Assembly (NCBI RefSeq): GCF_009914755.1
Contig: NC_060935.1
Strand: one strand, 5' to 3'
Length of the DNA stretch: 64,000 bases
Source of the DNA: the human T2T-CHM13v2.0 reference genome, Homo sapiens
Under the pieces are notes generated by a model that saw only the letters and a program-made list of their open reading frames with translations, did no database searches and was not told where the DNA came from. Shown in pieces: positions 38,050 through 52,786 of the stretch. A program made the translations under genes and the position numbers. Each line of letters begins with the position of its first letter. Positions within the stretch are counted from its first letter, which is position 1.

Positions 38050-41000
38050 GAATGTTTATTCATAAAGAAACACACAATAAAGTCATGAGGATTATAAAAA
38101 TTGATGACATAGTCATTAGATAAGAATCAACCTTGTTTAATTTTTACATAGAATTACTAAAAATAAGCAGTCAGAATTTTCCATGTATTTCAGTTAGATT
38201 TTTTTTTAATTCAGTGGAATTAATTACTGTAATTTGGGAAGAACGAACTTTGTTTTAGTTCAGAAAATGTATTACTCACATAATGGATCCCAGGAGCCAT
38301 ACAGTGTCAAGAATTGTTCAATTGTGTAACAGTGTTATCAAGAAACCTCATTCCTCCTCCCTGCCATCCTTGGAATCAGGCCTCACAGAATCTGCCCCCT
38401 GATTGCTTCAAAAAAGATACCAGAAACAAATACAGCTACCGATTTTTCATTGTTCTCATTGAGACAGGGCATCAGAGTGGTAGGGAGAATTGGGGCAAAT
38501 AAACTTTCCTATAAACCTTTACTTCTTACATTTCAAAAGGTTGTGTAAAACCTGTGATCTTTTCTTCTATAGCATTTCATGAGAATTAAAGGTCTTAAGG
38601 TTAAGCAGGACATTGAGGAATCCTCTAGGAAGCCCTCTGAAATAATACAAATACATCATCACTCCAGATAGATTTTAAACATCCCATTTTATGAGGAAGA
38701 ATTCCGTAATCACCTTATGAGAAGAGAACTCAATAATATAGATTTTTACTGCAGGGACATTTAATTCCCCAAAAGTAAAGGGCATTTATTTAAAACACCA
38801 GGTTCCCCAAGATACTAGAGTAACATTTAAAATGGTACCAAAACATTGATGATCCCACTGGGAATTTTTAGCCTGACTACTTTTGCACACAGCCTACATA
38901 CAGAGCTTTGTCTCGCTTCCGCATCCCTTTGTGATTTGTAATCATGGCTGTCATCTCCTCCAGATGGGAAGCTCCTGTGGCGCAAGGACCATGTTTTTGT
39001 TCATCATCATCTCTCTCCCACAGTGCTTTTACATTGCAGGTCCTCAAGGAGTAATTACTGAACACATAATACATAGTACAGATCAGGAATAGTGAATTCA
39101 AAGTACTCTGATATAAACAATACGATTCTTTGATGAAGACATGCTACTTCCCCATTTATGCAACAAATATGTTTAGTTAATTTTTCCTGGAAAAGTATGT
39201 ACATTTTTTTGTGTTATCCACCTGGATTTCACAACATGCTGAGTCTTGTATGGCTATGCTGTCACCTATAAGCTGAGTGACTCTGGGCAAAGCATTGGAT
39301 CTTGCTGGATTCTTCATCCATTATCAAGTGGGGTTAATATTTCTTCACCAACTTTCCTAGTCAAGTCGTTGGGAAAATCAAATGTGTTCACAGATATTAA
39401 AGTGCTTGGAAGTAGTATGAATGAAGGGGCCTCAATATTATTGTTGCTACTGAAGACTCAGAACATGATGAGTCCCTGTCACACTATAGCTTTCAATAAT
39501 AAATTACCCTGGCAGCTGACCCACAAACTCAAAAGCACCAAGATAGAGCACTGAGACTTGGGCCAACCTAGGGATCCTAAGTCTGTCTAAGGCAAAGCTA
39601 CATAAAAGGACAGATGGATCTCACCCTAAGCCTTTCCTGGATTGCAGTGATATGTCTTAGGACTCTGATTATCTGATTTCAAAACCAAAGGGACCAGAAC
39701 TTGGACAACAGCCATACATCTTTGCCAAGTAGCCTTCAGCTGCTGGTGATGCAATGACCTGATACCTCATGCAATCTTTTTGTTTTTTGTAATTTCTGGA
39801 GATTTCCAGGGAAGACTGTGAGCCTGCATGTTATGGTAATGGTCCTATCCACTGAAGCATGCAAACAGATAACTCTTTATGATCAATAGACATTCCTATT
39901 GCCTTAAAGCCTATTCAAGTATCATTTTTATTGTAAGCTTTCTGATGGAATTTTTAATGTAGCAAAATTCTAATCAGTTTGGAAGTTTCATAAACTGATT
40001 CCTCTTACTGTTATATGACAAGACTTCGCAGAACATTCTCTACATATTTTGGTGAATTATTTCTTCCTAGTTTGGCTGGATATTAGAATCCCTGACATAC
40101 TCTTTTCACAAAGCCAGAAGGAAAAGAAAGATGCTTATTCACAAAGTTACATGTTTAAGCATAGAATGAGATTTTTCAGGACAGTTGGAGCAAATAACCT
40201 TCCGTGAGTGTGCACTGTGGTGTTAAACTCTCTACATGCTTGGCAATCTCTGCTGCCTGTCACATACTCTGAAACATGGTTTGGGAATATTTCTCCCAAA
40301 ATGCTTTTGCCATAAAATAGAAACAGCTTTGGCTCCCCACTAAATAAAGCTCTTATGAAGAGACATTCATTATTCATTGCTCACTTTTCTCCAGTTCTGT
40401 CCACCAGAAATCTCAGGACCTTTCACACATAGGTACTTGTGGGCCTGATCTTCTGAGAACGTTCTGGGAGAAAGTACAACTATCTGGGCAATGTCATGCC
40501 CTGCTTCACTAAATGAGCAGTGAGAATATATCCATTAAGCACGAGTATGACTCCGGCCTGAATTAATTTAGCTTCTAGTAGGGAGTTAACTTTGATCATG
40601 ATAATAACACTCTGAGAGTAATGTCCAAGATTGTAAATCATCATCTGTAAAAACTACTTGTATTCTACTTTCACTCAGCAAAACAACTGAGTACTTATTG
40701 GAAGTCTTTCTTTTGAAATGCCTTTTCAATGTTTTTGGCTGGGCAAAAAGACTATTTCTAGAATTTACAGATACACAACTGAGTTACACATTTTTAATTG
40801 ACTCCAGAGGCAGTGTGACTCTCCTTTATCTTTCATTATTTAACACATTTAATCTGTTTGGCTTTTGACATCCGCAGAAAGTTCACCAGCCACTGTTTTC
40901 ACATTACTTAGACTTCATGATAGGGGCTGCCTGAGGCGGAATGACTAGAACATTCTTCCTTAGCTGTCTGCCTCCCCTGTTGAAAAGTAAAAGTGAAGAA

Positions 41001-41493
41001 TCATTGGAGTCTTTAAATGGAACTTAAGCAGATGAATGTTAACTGGGAGTGGAGTGGAAGTTTTAGGCTTTAAAAAAAATTCTTTTAGGAGAGTATTATT
41101 CATTCTCTTAAATTATTGGATTTCTGAATCCATGTGATTTCATGGTCAAAAGATAATTGCTTTTTCCCCTTATCTCAGGGAAAGAGGATTTTTAAAATCA
41201 TGTAAGTACTTAAAAAGCATTTCAAATTTTCAAGAATTTATAATGAAAGAGATATTAGAACACTCATGTGATTTTATTTAAACACTCTTTACTACAGTAG
41301 TAACATTTCCAGACTTTTCATTTGATTGGTCAGTTTTATATTTTATATTTGTGATTGGTTTCATTTTCTGGATACATTGAGTTATTTCTCTGCCAATATT
41401 TTTCATGTCTGAGTTTTTCTGTCTTTGGCAATTTACCTCTTCCATACATTTCCTTTACTTATCCTGCCCTAGGCACCAGGAATAGAAAAATGA

Positions 41494-41892
<399 letters not shown>

Positions 41893-42958
41893 TGATTTGA
41901 TGGAAATGAGCATAAATTCTGAAGGAACACAGAAGAGGAACTTCATTTAGACCTGGGACTAAACATGTGTGTCTCACATTCTCCTGGAAAGCAAGAACTG
42001 GTGACTATAAATCTATGTATAATAAATGTGCTGAATATACATACATGAAAAATACTTCCTAAATATTAGTTATTAATGACAGTAGTCACCTTGAATTTAT
42101 CTGTTTGAACCTATTTAAGTCTACGGAGTTGATCTTTATTTAAAATTTACATGTACTCCCTTTCGTCTTGTGGAAGTAATTAAAATACTTTATCCAAGAT
42201 GAACCATCTTTCTGTTTTAGTAGCTGTATCCTGAGACCCATTTCCCCAGGGACTTGAATTTTATTATGTGTAAAGAAAAAATACTACCTGTTGTGTGTTG
42301 AGTACAAGAGTACACAGGGTTTTTAATAGCTCTGTTAATAGGATAATGAATAATGTTTGTTTCCAACCAACAGGATATCTACCTAATTTATTAACAATCA
42401 AAGATCCAACTCAAAATTAAAATAGCATGCTATTAGAAGTAGGAAAACAAAACAGAATAATTTCTTCACCAATGCAAGGCCTTGTTCCTGATGCCTCTTA
42501 TGAAAACCAAAAGGAACTGATATTAGCTCGGCATCCGTTATGTGTCAGGACATGTGCTGGATGCTGCCAGTACAATGGATGATATGGCATTGTCTTATCC
42601 CTCAGAGAGCTTACAAGCTAACTGAATGCAGGGGTGTGAAAGAAGACAGATATGCAACAATTAGATATGGAATTGGGGACGTGTTAGCATCTGAACAAAG
42701 TCAAGTGAAACATACAAAGGAGTCATTCTATCTGAATGTGGTCTCTGAGAAGGCATCATAAAGGGACAAACAGTACAGCAGGCCTTAGAGGATTTTATAA
42801 GAACTACAGGAGTAGGGAGTAAGGGGGATACCATGCAGTGGGAACCCCAATCAAAGCAGCAAGGGCCTTGGAAGTATATTCTCCATGTTGGAAGAACAAA
42901 TGGACTGTGAATTCCCTGAAGGAAAGAAGCCCATATTGCTTTACCACTGTTTACCTAG

Positions 42959-43322
42959 TGCTGTGGTTTGGATGTGTCCGCCAAAGTTTATGTGTTGGAA
43001 ACAATCCCCAATGCAACCATGTCGGAGGTAGAACCTACAAGAGGTGATTAGGTTAGAGGGCTGTGCCTTCGTGGATGGATTGAAGCTCTTATCTCAGGAG
43101 TGGGTTCTGGATAAAAAGGATAAGCTATGCCTTCTTCCTCTCTTGCTTTTGTCCTTCCACCTTCCACCATGGAATGATGCAGCAAGAAGATCCTGGCCAC
43201 ATGATGGCACCTTGATGTTGGACTTCCCAGGCTCCAGAACTGTGAGCCAAATAAACTTCTATTGTTTATCCATTTCCCAGTCTCAGATATTCTGTTATAG
43301 CAACACAAATCAGACTAAGACA
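42959..43322 (+). mobile_element. MSTD-like solo LTR inserted in an L2 3' end
   Basis: tgctgtggtttggatgtgtcc ... cagactaagaca; TSD cctag/cccag. Confidence 0.85.
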
Positions 43323-44142
43323 CCCAGTGTCTAAAACACTGCACATTGGAGGCACTGTAAATTTATGTTGAATTAAGTGATCTGATTGTGTGATTAAAAC
43401 TGTAGGTGTAGCGGTGTTAGACACTGGAGGCTAAGAATAGCACAGTGGATAGATGGTGTCAATACTACAGGATCTTGTATGTTAATACTGAAGAGTATGC
43501 ACTTAATCCAGTAATTAAGCACTTCTTAAAGTATGTTCCTTGAAATATCAGACCTACAGCCCTCAGAATTCTGCCATCAAATATGTTTCGGAAACACTGG
43601 TTTAAATGGTTAAGCAGTTTCTTTTGCTTAGACTCCCTTGGTCTTTACTCCAATCATGTACATTGTAAAGCTCCAAGAGGGGTTTATAATATTCTTCAAA
43701 CTTCTAGGATCCTGGCCCCTCTTTTAAGGGGAGCACCTTGTGGCCTTGGTGTTCTCCATGACACCATTTATGAAATCTGCTGTAAGCAATAAGGAGCCAG
43801 TAAAGACCTTTCAGCAGGAGATTGACATGCTTGGAATTTCAGTCTTCTAGAGAATGGCATTGGGTGAGGCAATATTGGAGTCAGGGAGACAAAGTTGAAG
43901 AGAGATGCAATGGTTTAGGCAGGAGATAATGAGAGCTTGACACCAAGGGTAGAGAAGGGACCAAGAAATATAACTGACATTTAAGAAGTAGCACTTTAGG
44001 GACATTGTTATATTGTATAGCTTGTGCCCTATGCAGGGACACCTGGCCAAATGGGCCCCAGGGCACTGAATCCAGCCCACATTCACTGTTGCCAAGCTGT
44101 GCATCCAGGCAGAGGGCCGCATGTGTCCTAAGGAGGACAGCT

Positions 44143-44555
44143 TGCTATGGTTTGAATATTTGCTTCCTTCAAAACTCATGTTGAAGTTTAATCCCCAATG
44201 TGGCAGTATTGGATGACGAGGCCTTGAAGAAATGATTGGATCATGAGGGCTCTGCTATGAATGGATTTATTGGGTTAATAGATTAATGGGTTATCATAAC
44301 AGGGGAACTGGGGGCTTTGTAAGAGGAAGAGAGACCTGAGCTAGCAAGTTAGTACATACAGCCCCCTTCCTATGTGATGATGCCCTGCACCACCTCACAA
44401 CTCTCCAGAGTCCCACCAGGAAGAAGGCTCCTACCAGATGCATCCCTCAACCTTGGACTTCTCAGCCTCTATAACTGTAAGAAGCGAGTTTCCTTTCTTT
44501 ATAAAATGCCCAGGTTCAGGTATTATGTTGTAAGCAATAGAAAGCGACTGAGAGA
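44143..44555 (+). mobile_element. MSTC-like solo LTR
   Basis: tgctatggtttgaatatttg...gaggaagagagacctgagctagca...gtaagcaatagaaagcgactgaga. Confidence 0.85.
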
Positions 44556-44876
44556 CTGCCAGTATATAATTCACAGCCAGCTATGTCCCTAGTCAATGAC
44601 TGATGAGATGTTGGGAGGAACAAGGAATTGTCTAAGATGACTCATATTTCTGTTCTAAACTATGATATGGATAAAGATGATTTAATTTCTTATTCTAATT
44701 TCTTTTGATTCTTCTAAAACTATACTATCTGAAATCATAATACCTAGAGAAGGAATGATGAATGTGCACCTCTGCTGCTCTGAATGTTCTCTTCCAAGAG
44801 TTACAGTTTTATCTTTACCACGCATTAAAGTGTACATACTGTCATTGCAGAGAGATTGTTATCAAGACCTCAAACC

Positions 44877-45313
44877 AAGGGTTACAAACTCAAATGCCCA
44901 CAGAACCCATCAAACATAATAAATGGGTGATATATGTAGCAGACCATTTACATATTAAATGTTTTTCATTTACAATAAGAAATATACTCTCTTCATTTGT
45001 CTAAACATGCAGTGTTCCCCATTTATATTTTATAACCATTTTTTTATAGGAACATGAGTAGTGAGAAGTACTTTTCTATTCTAAGAAAATCTTCTGCACA
45101 ACCGTGATGATGAATGATAACTGACATTGCTGTAGTATTAGGGACACAGTAGAGACTGGTGGGCCAGTTTTTTTTAATTTTTAGGAGAATCTGGGAATTT
45201 GAATTTTTATATGAAATCTCTCTCATTTTAAATATTGGCAGAAATTTTTACAATACACTGTATGGGCCAAAAAAAAGAAAGCATATTTCTGGGCCACCAG
45301 TTCATGATCTCTA
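44877..45313 (+). mobile_element. hAT-Charlie-type non-autonomous DNA transposon (MER103-like ends)
   Basis: Left end caagggttacaaactcaaatgccc; right end acactgtatgggccaaaa...gggccaccagttcatgatctct. Confidence 0.55.
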
Positions 45314-46648
45314 CCTTAGTCTATTTTATACATACACATAAGCCTAATTTCTGTAAATTGATCTATTTAAAATTCATATATTTAGGTAGGCAAGGTGTTA
45401 AATTACCTGCTAAATCGCCCAGAAATCCCTGTTGAATTGCTGAGAGGAGAAAGCAGTGTTTGCTCAGCTAGTAATTAGAGCCGTGTCCTTATTTTTGCAT
45501 TAAGCCTTTACTGTGGAAAGAAAAGCCAAAAATCTGGTGCTTGGTGGAAGAGTTAGTGCTTAAATCCAAATAACATCATCAGTGGAGCTAAAGCATGAGA
45601 ATCTGCCAAGACAAAAGTAACTTAAAGCATGAAGTCCAGCACTATGAAATAGAAGGGAAGCTACCAATATATACTTTCTGTTGTAATTTATATCTGGTGG
45701 ATTCTGTTTCATGGAGAGGGGAATGTGGAATAGTATATCGACTAAGGCCTTGATGTCAGGGGAGTTGTGAACTAGTGCAGAGGGATTTAGATCTGCGGCT
45801 AATATGATGTCACATCTTGGTTCATGGCAGAAGTTTCTTAACGGCCCACATGTGAGCACATAGATTGGACTCATCTGTTTGAAAGGGGGAGTGAGCACAT
45901 GGGTGGTAGTCACCATTGTACTAAAGAAACTTTGAGGAGGTGTTTAGTTCCTGCTGATAGGGAAGATTAGAATCAAGCAAGTTTTATGAATAGAAAATGA
46001 TGAGCAGATGAGCCTGGAAGGAAATGGAAATGTGATGAGATTAGTAGCTGATGCATACCTCTCTGCAGGGAAAAAAAAAAAAAAAAAGCTTTAAGAGATG
46101 TCAGGATGGGAAATACTTTATTTCCTAAAGTGCAAAGAAAAGATTTGGACAAAGCTGTAATATCAGCAGCTGCTGCCAAAGTGAATTGGTCAAGGATCTT
46201 TCTGAAAAAGCTGCCATTTAGCAGTTGTTGGGTTTAAACACAGGGAAGAAAAGATACCTTCATTGTCCTGAAATGCAAGGTCCATGCATGCATGCATTCA
46301 ACCAACAAATATTTGTTGAGAACCAACTATGTGTAGTCCTGTGGTAGGCCCTGGAGTGGCTCACACACCTGTAGGAATCAGTGCCCTGCAGAAGACAGAT
46401 CATGGGTACCTGGAAAGGGTGGATTATGAGCTGACTTTCTCCTGGTGCTTCCCAATAATGCAATGTCTTTGGACAAAGAGAAAGCTCACCAAAATGAGTA
46501 ACGTGATTCACTGGCCCCAAGGCCTAGGTTCCCTTGGTTCCATGGATCAGAGCATTTTCAGTTTGAGCATTTTCAAATTGTATTCTTTCCTAAAAGCACA
46601 ACTTTTTAGGCAAAATGTAAGTTATTAAAGGCAGTTCAGAGAAAACTC

Positions 46649-48902
46649 TGTATTAGTCTGTTCTCATGCTGCTAATAAAGGCGTAACTGAAGCTCAGTAA
46701 TTTATAAAGGAAAGAGGTTTAATTAAGTCAAGTTCCACATGGCTGGGGAGAGGTCTCACAATCATGGTGGAAGGCAAATGAGGAGCAAAGCCATGTCTTA
46801 CATGGCAGCAGGCTAGAGGCTTGTGCAGGGGAACTCTCATTTATAAAACCATCAGATCCCATGAAACTTATTCACTACTGGGAGAACAATATATGAGAAA
46901 CCGCGCCCATGATTCATTTATCGCCACCTGGTCCCACCGTTGATATGTGGGGATTATTACAATTCAAGGTGAGATTTGGGTGGGGATATGGCCAAATCAT
47001 ATCATTCCACTTCTGGGCCCTCCCAAATCTCATGTCCTCACATTTCAAAACCAGTCATGCATTTCTGAAAGTCCCCCAAAGTCTTAATTCATTTCAGAAT
47101 TAACTCAAAAGTCCACAGTCCAAAGTCTCATCTGAGACAAGGCAAGTCCCTTCACCTATGAGCCTGTAAAATCAAAAGCAAGTTAGCTACTTCCCAGATA
47201 CAATGGGGGTACAGGTATTAGGTAAATATACCCATTCCAAATGGGAGAAATTGGCCAAAACATAGGGGCTACAGGCCCCATGCAAGTCCAAAATCCAATA
47301 GGGTAGTCATTAAATCTTAAAGTTCCAAAATGATCTTCTTTGACTCCATGTCCCACATCCAGGTCATGCTGATACAAGAGGTGGGCTCCCATGGCCTTGA
47401 GTAGCTCCACTCCTGTGGCTTTGCAGGGTACAGCCTCCCTCCTGACTGCTTTCATGGACTGACATTGTGTCTGCAGCTTTTCCAGGTGCACAGTGCAAGC
47501 TGTTGGTGGATCTACCATTCTGGGGTTTGGAGGACAGTGGCCCTCTTCTCACAGTTCCACTAGGCAGTGCCCCAGTGGGTAGTCTGTGTGGGGGCTCCAA
47601 CCCCACATTTTCCTTCTGAACTGCCCTAGCAGAGGTTCTCCATGAGAGCCCTGCCCCTGCAGCAAACTTCTGCCTGGACATCCAGGCATTTCCATACATC
47701 CTCTGAAATCTAGGCAGAAGATTCCAAACCTCAGTTCTTGACTTCTGTGCACCCACAGGCCCAACACCACATATAAGCTGCCAAAGCTTAAGGCTTGCAC
47801 CCTCTGAAGCAATGGCCTGAGCTGTATGTTGGCCCCTTTTAGCCATGGCTGGCACTGAAGCGGTTGGGATGCAGGGCACCATGTCCTGAGGCTGCACAGA
47901 GCAGGGGGACCCTGGGCCCAGCCCACAAAACCATTTTTTCCTCCTAGGCCTCCAGGAAGCCTGTGATGGAAGGGGCTGCCTTGAAGGCCTCTGACATGCC
48001 CTTAGAGGCGTTTTCCCATTGTCTTGGTGATTAACATTTGGGTCCTCATTACTTGTGCAAATTTCTGCAGCTGGCTTGAATTTCTTCCCAAAAACTGGGT
48101 TTTTCTTTTCTATCGCATTGTTAGGCTGCAAAATTTCCAAACATTTATGCTCTGCTTCCTCTGGAATGTTTTGCTGCTTAGAAATTTCTTCTTCCAGATG
48201 CCCTAAATCACCTCTTTCAAGTTTAAAGTTCCACAGACATCTAGGGCAGGGACAAAATGCCACCAGTCTCTTTGCATAGCAAGAGTGACTTCTACTCCAG
48301 TTTCCAAAAAGTCCCTCATCTCCATCTGAGACAACCTCAGCCTGGACTTTATTGTCCATATCGCCATCAGCATTTTGGTCAAACCCATTCAGCAAGTCTT
48401 TAGGAAGTTCCAAACTTTCCCACATTGTTCTCTCTTCTTCTGAGCCCTCCAAACTGTTCCAACCTTTGCCTGTTACTGAGTTCCAAAGTCACTTCCACAT
48501 TTTTTGGTATCCTTACAGCAGCATCCCACTACCTGGCATCAATTTATTGTATTAGTCTGTTTTCATGCTGCTAATGAAGACATACTCAAGGCTGGGTAAT
48601 TTATAAAGGAAAGAGGTTTAATTGACTCACAGTTCCATATGGCTGGGGCAGTCTCACAATCATGGTGGAAGGTGAATGAGGAGTAAATCCGTGTCTTCCA
48701 TGGCAGCAGGCTAGAGGCTTGTGCAGGGGAACTTCCATTTATAAAACCATCAGATCCCATAAGACTTACTCACTACCAGGAGAACAGTATGGGGAAAACC
48801 ACCCCCATGATTCAGTTACCTCCACCTGGCCCCACCCTTGACATGTGGGGATTATTACAATTCAAGGTGAGATTTGGGTGGGGATAAAGCCAAACCATAT
48901 GA
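46649..48902 (-). mobile_element. Full-length THE1C (ERVL-MaLR): LTR 46649-47004, internal 47005-48547, LTR 48548-~48902
   Basis: Two ~355-bp direct LTRs with THE1C-type ggattattacaattcaaggtgagatttggg; internal MaLR ORF; flanks aactc / gactc. Confidence 0.92.
47183..48500 (-). pseudogene. MaLR (THE1-int) internal ORF, nearly intact
   Basis: ORF-track 47364-48452 (362 codons) plus 47183-47518 tile the MaLR ORF (MWESLELP..., ...WPISPIWNG..PPLYLGS), with one early stop (48489-48491) and one frameshift near 47465. Confidence 0.8.
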
Positions 48903-49759
48903 CTCTTTAATTCTGTTTTTCTCTTTTTCTTTCTTCCTTAATTCTCTTCCTTTCTCCTTTCTTCTCCTTCCTTCCTTTCTTTCCTTTGAACCCTCATTCT
49001 TTCTTTTCCTTATTTCTGATATTATTTCTGATGAAAACTTTCCCTTATAAACCATTCCACAAGTTTATTCAACATAGTAAGTATACATCTCCTGAAATAA
49101 TTGATTTACTGAGATTGGAAATAGCAGAGACATGTGTTGAAGCATCACAGAATGAGGAAAGCAGAGTGGGGAGTGACTGGAACACCTATCCATCTCTGGT
49201 TTATTTCTTAATACCAAATCATAGGTCAAATAAGAGAAACCACATGTAATGACATTAAGGGCAGACAGTTTAATACTGCCTTCTTTTGCTTTTTCTCCGT
49301 GGGTGATAGCGCAAGTTAAGTTTAGTTCAATGACTTCACCTTTCAGAAAGTTTATCTTCAAGAGTTGCTGTTCCTTTGAGATCTACCCTTTAATTTACTG
49401 TTTGTGTATACTTTTCTTTCCAGAAATGGCAGGAAGCACTTGTCTTCCCAGGAATGCAGTAGTCTGAGACCATAGACAAAAAGGTCTGAATTCCAGCCTC
49501 AACCTTTATAACAGCTCCTGAGTATTCTTTGAGAAGGTCATTTCTCTATTTCTCCACCTGTAAAGAGGAGATAAAGTTTCTTTCAACCTTTTTACTATCT
49601 TGAAAGGTTTAAGTATTTAAGGTTTGTGAAACATTTTGAAGATAAAAAGTGGAGCGTAAACATTACATCTACTTTAAATGCAGTTCTTCTCTTTTTTATT
49701 ATTTTTAAGAGCTCAGCATTCTGGAAAACACCTAAATTAAAACTTCTGCAATATCGAGT

Positions 49760-49822
49760 TAACACACATACACAAATAGGCACACACACACACAGATACA
49801 CACACACACATACACACACACA
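49760..49822. repeat. Imperfect (CA)n microsatellite
   Basis: Directly visible. Confidence 0.85.
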
Positions 49823-50854
49823 TAGATGACAATTTATGAATGCAAGCCTTGTTTGAGGCTCAAAAGCCAGCTTGGAACTAATCTCTTAGAAAGATTGAGG
49901 TTATTTCTAATAAGATGATATTAGGCTAAGAAGTACATCTGTCTGGACCTCAGTTTCCTCATCTGTAAAACAAATGGATTGAACGAGAATGATACCTAAG
50001 CTCTCATTTACTCTTGAGTTCTCTTAACATCTAGTGACTCTATGCTTTCCTGAGTATAACAGAAGTAAGGAAAGGCAGTTTCCCTTTATCCTGGGGTTCT
50101 TTGGGACATATGAGACTATGACGGAGGTAGGAAAATACTCAACGATGGGTACCTTCGTACATTTCTCTACCTATGTGGTGACCAGTAAGTAGAGACAGCC
50201 AAGCACACATAACTGGTGATTTACAGGGTCTTGTCAATAAATAGTGAAAATAGATAAGCATCTTTACTACAATTAATTTTCAACAGCCACAACATTAAAT
50301 TCCTACCCATAGAGACTGTGCTCCTAGGGTCCAGTGACCTCTCTAGGCATATTGTTTTAAATCAATCAGATCCAAGAGAAGGGTAACATATTATTAGTAA
50401 TTTATCACAGGGCGTCCTAACATTTTACCCATTAGGATACATACAGAAAATGATAATATTTGTATAATATCTTTAGGTAAAGGGAAAAGCTAATCCCAGC
50501 CAGAGATGACCAGCCTATGTAGATGAGTTCACATTCGTTCACCTGAGAGCTGAGAGGGTCAATGTGGCAGCACATTGGAAGCCTTCTTGCTGCGTGTGGT
50601 TGGATATTCTGCCTTAGTTTAAAAGACTTCATCTTTAGATTTCTTCCCAGCCCAGAACCTGTCAGCTTGGCCCTGAGACTTTTGATAATGAGAGGGGGAG
50701 GGAGAAATAAAACTCTTTTGAGCTCTGTCTTCTACCTTAGAAGAGTATCAAGTGCTAAAATAGCTCGCAGCAATCAGGAGAATCAGAGTGAAGGAAGGTG
50801 CAGAGTACTATGGAAGAAGTCGGGGGATGGTCAGGATAGGGGGAAGGTATGCAG

Positions 50855-51301
50855 TGTTGACTGACAAAATTACAACAAATTTAGTTTAAAGATTTTAGTT
50901 GGCTTTTATTTGTGATTCTAGAATCTGGCAACATATTATTCCATAAAATAGAATGAATGTTCTGATGAGCTGAGCAGAGGAGCTTGGCTTTATAGACAGA
51001 AAATGGCTGAGGAAAGCAGAAACAACAGAAAGCAGATCAGTCATTTCGAAGTTACAAAGGTTAAAGCAAAGGGACTTTCTTATTGTTACAGTTAAACCTG
51101 ACCTGTCTGGGGATTTGGCTGTTCTCTCTCTCTCTCTCTCTCTCTCTCCTGATTTCTCTGAAGGTCAGATAAACAACTTAATACTGGCTTGGTAGCATGG
51201 AACGTTAGCATGCGTGACTCCATTTTGGTTTGGTTTGGTTTGTTGATCCTGGTGCAGGCATTCAGTTCAAGCCAATGGCCTCTTATACATTTTATTTACT
51301 A
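50855..51301 (-). mobile_element. MER31A-like solo LTR (ERV1)
   Basis: gacaaaattacaacaaatttagtttaaagat...gatgagctgagcagagg...gtgactccattttggtttgg...ccaatggcctc. Confidence 0.85.
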
Positions 51302-51659
51302 AAGGCAACCCCAGTATGAATGTAAAAATACGTGCTATTTGGGTTGTTTCACCTAGAACAAGAAGTACGCCTAGACAGTGGCAGATTGATTGGTAGTGAC
51401 AGCTGTCTGGAAAGCTCCATCTCGGAAGAGTCTGAGACCACGTTCCACCTTTGGAATGAACAGTGAATTGTTCACGTTTCCTGTGGCCTCCAGGTGCAGC
51501 TGGCAGGATAGAGCAGCCAAAGCCCACATGCTGTATAATTGCCATCCCTGCACAGGACATGCTGAAACTGTGGTGCTGAGGCCAGGGAAAGGACATGTTT
51601 GAACTGTGTTCAGAGGAAAGAAAAGGTGGCCATGCCCATGGGGTGGGGCAAGCATTTAG

Positions 51660-51880
51660 ATGAAAGGCAGCATAATGTGATGGTTAGGAGCACAGACCCC
51701 AAAGCAGATTGGATCCTACTATGCTTCACCCTTCTGTGCCCTGTTTCTAATCTGTCGTGTGGGGATAATAATCGCATCTTACTCCAAGACTGATAAAAGG
51801 ATCCATGAGTTAATATTTGTTAAGCATTTGGAAGAGTGCCTACATGTGGTTAACACGGAGTGCCTGATAAATAAGACGTA
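51660..51880 (+). mobile_element. MIR SINE
   Basis: ggcagcataatgtgatggttaggagcacagac...ggggataataat...gagtgcctacatgtggt. Confidence 0.7.
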
Positions 51881-52551
51881 GAGAGAAACCAAGACCACCC
51901 AGGCCCTCCCTCTCGTCTCCATGATCAGGGAGAATAATTTTTGTGCAAAGAAAGGTAGAACAAATTTTGTGAGAGGGAGCTGATGATGTAACCATGTAAC
52001 AAGATAGTAAGAGAGGATCTAATTGCACAAAATAAGGTTCTCAAGTCTTGAGTGCTGAAAGAAGTTGCAGCCATACCCCACAACCCAGTGGCAGTTTTTA
52101 AGCATTGAGGACAGAAAGGTGCCAAAAGACTGGAGCCAGTCAAAGATGGTCCCTATTATCAAAGGAGGAAAAGGAGGCTTGATTCTAGAAGCACATCGAA
52201 GTGCTCAATGTTGATCCAAAGGCACACGTGGGAAGGGAATTTTGAACAGATGGTTAACAGATGCTTCTACATGGGCTGCGCAGGGTAGGGAAAAGAGCAC
52301 GTGCTGCCACGCCAAACAGACTTGGGCGCAAACCCGTGTTCTGTCACTTTCCGGCTGAATGGCCTTGAGAATATTCTTAACGTCTAAGCCTCACCGTCTC
52401 CAGCTGCAGAATAGAAATGGCAATGCCTACAGGATTCCTGTGAAAAAGTGACAATCGTAGGTAAATGATCAAGCAGAGGACTGAGCAAAGCAGGCGTGCA
52501 ATAAGTGCTATCAGTATAACCAAAGAGGCAGCAGCACATAATGTTTTAGAC

Positions 52552-52758
52552 CAGGAGTCAGCAAACTTATTCTGTTAAGGGCACTTAACAGACTTTGTGG
52601 GCCATACAGTCTCAGCCTCAACTACTCAACCATGCCTTTGTAGCAGGAAAGCAGCCATAGATAATATGTTATTGCAGCATGGCTGCATTCCAATAAAACT
52701 TTATTTACCAAAACAAGCAAACAGATTTTGCCCTTGGGCTATAGTTTGCTGATCCCTG
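52552..52758 (+). mobile_element. MER58A (hAT-Charlie) inserted in a MIR
   Basis: TIRs caggagtcagcaaac / gtttgctgatccctg; internal aaagcagccataga and ttccaataaaactttattta. Confidence 0.88.
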
Positions 52759-52786
52759 GCTTAGAACCAAAACTGCCAGGTTTAAA

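Noticed and set aside
46280-46300. RBFOX-type TGCATG cluster
   Set aside because: Derived from an L2 tail and far from any supported exon.
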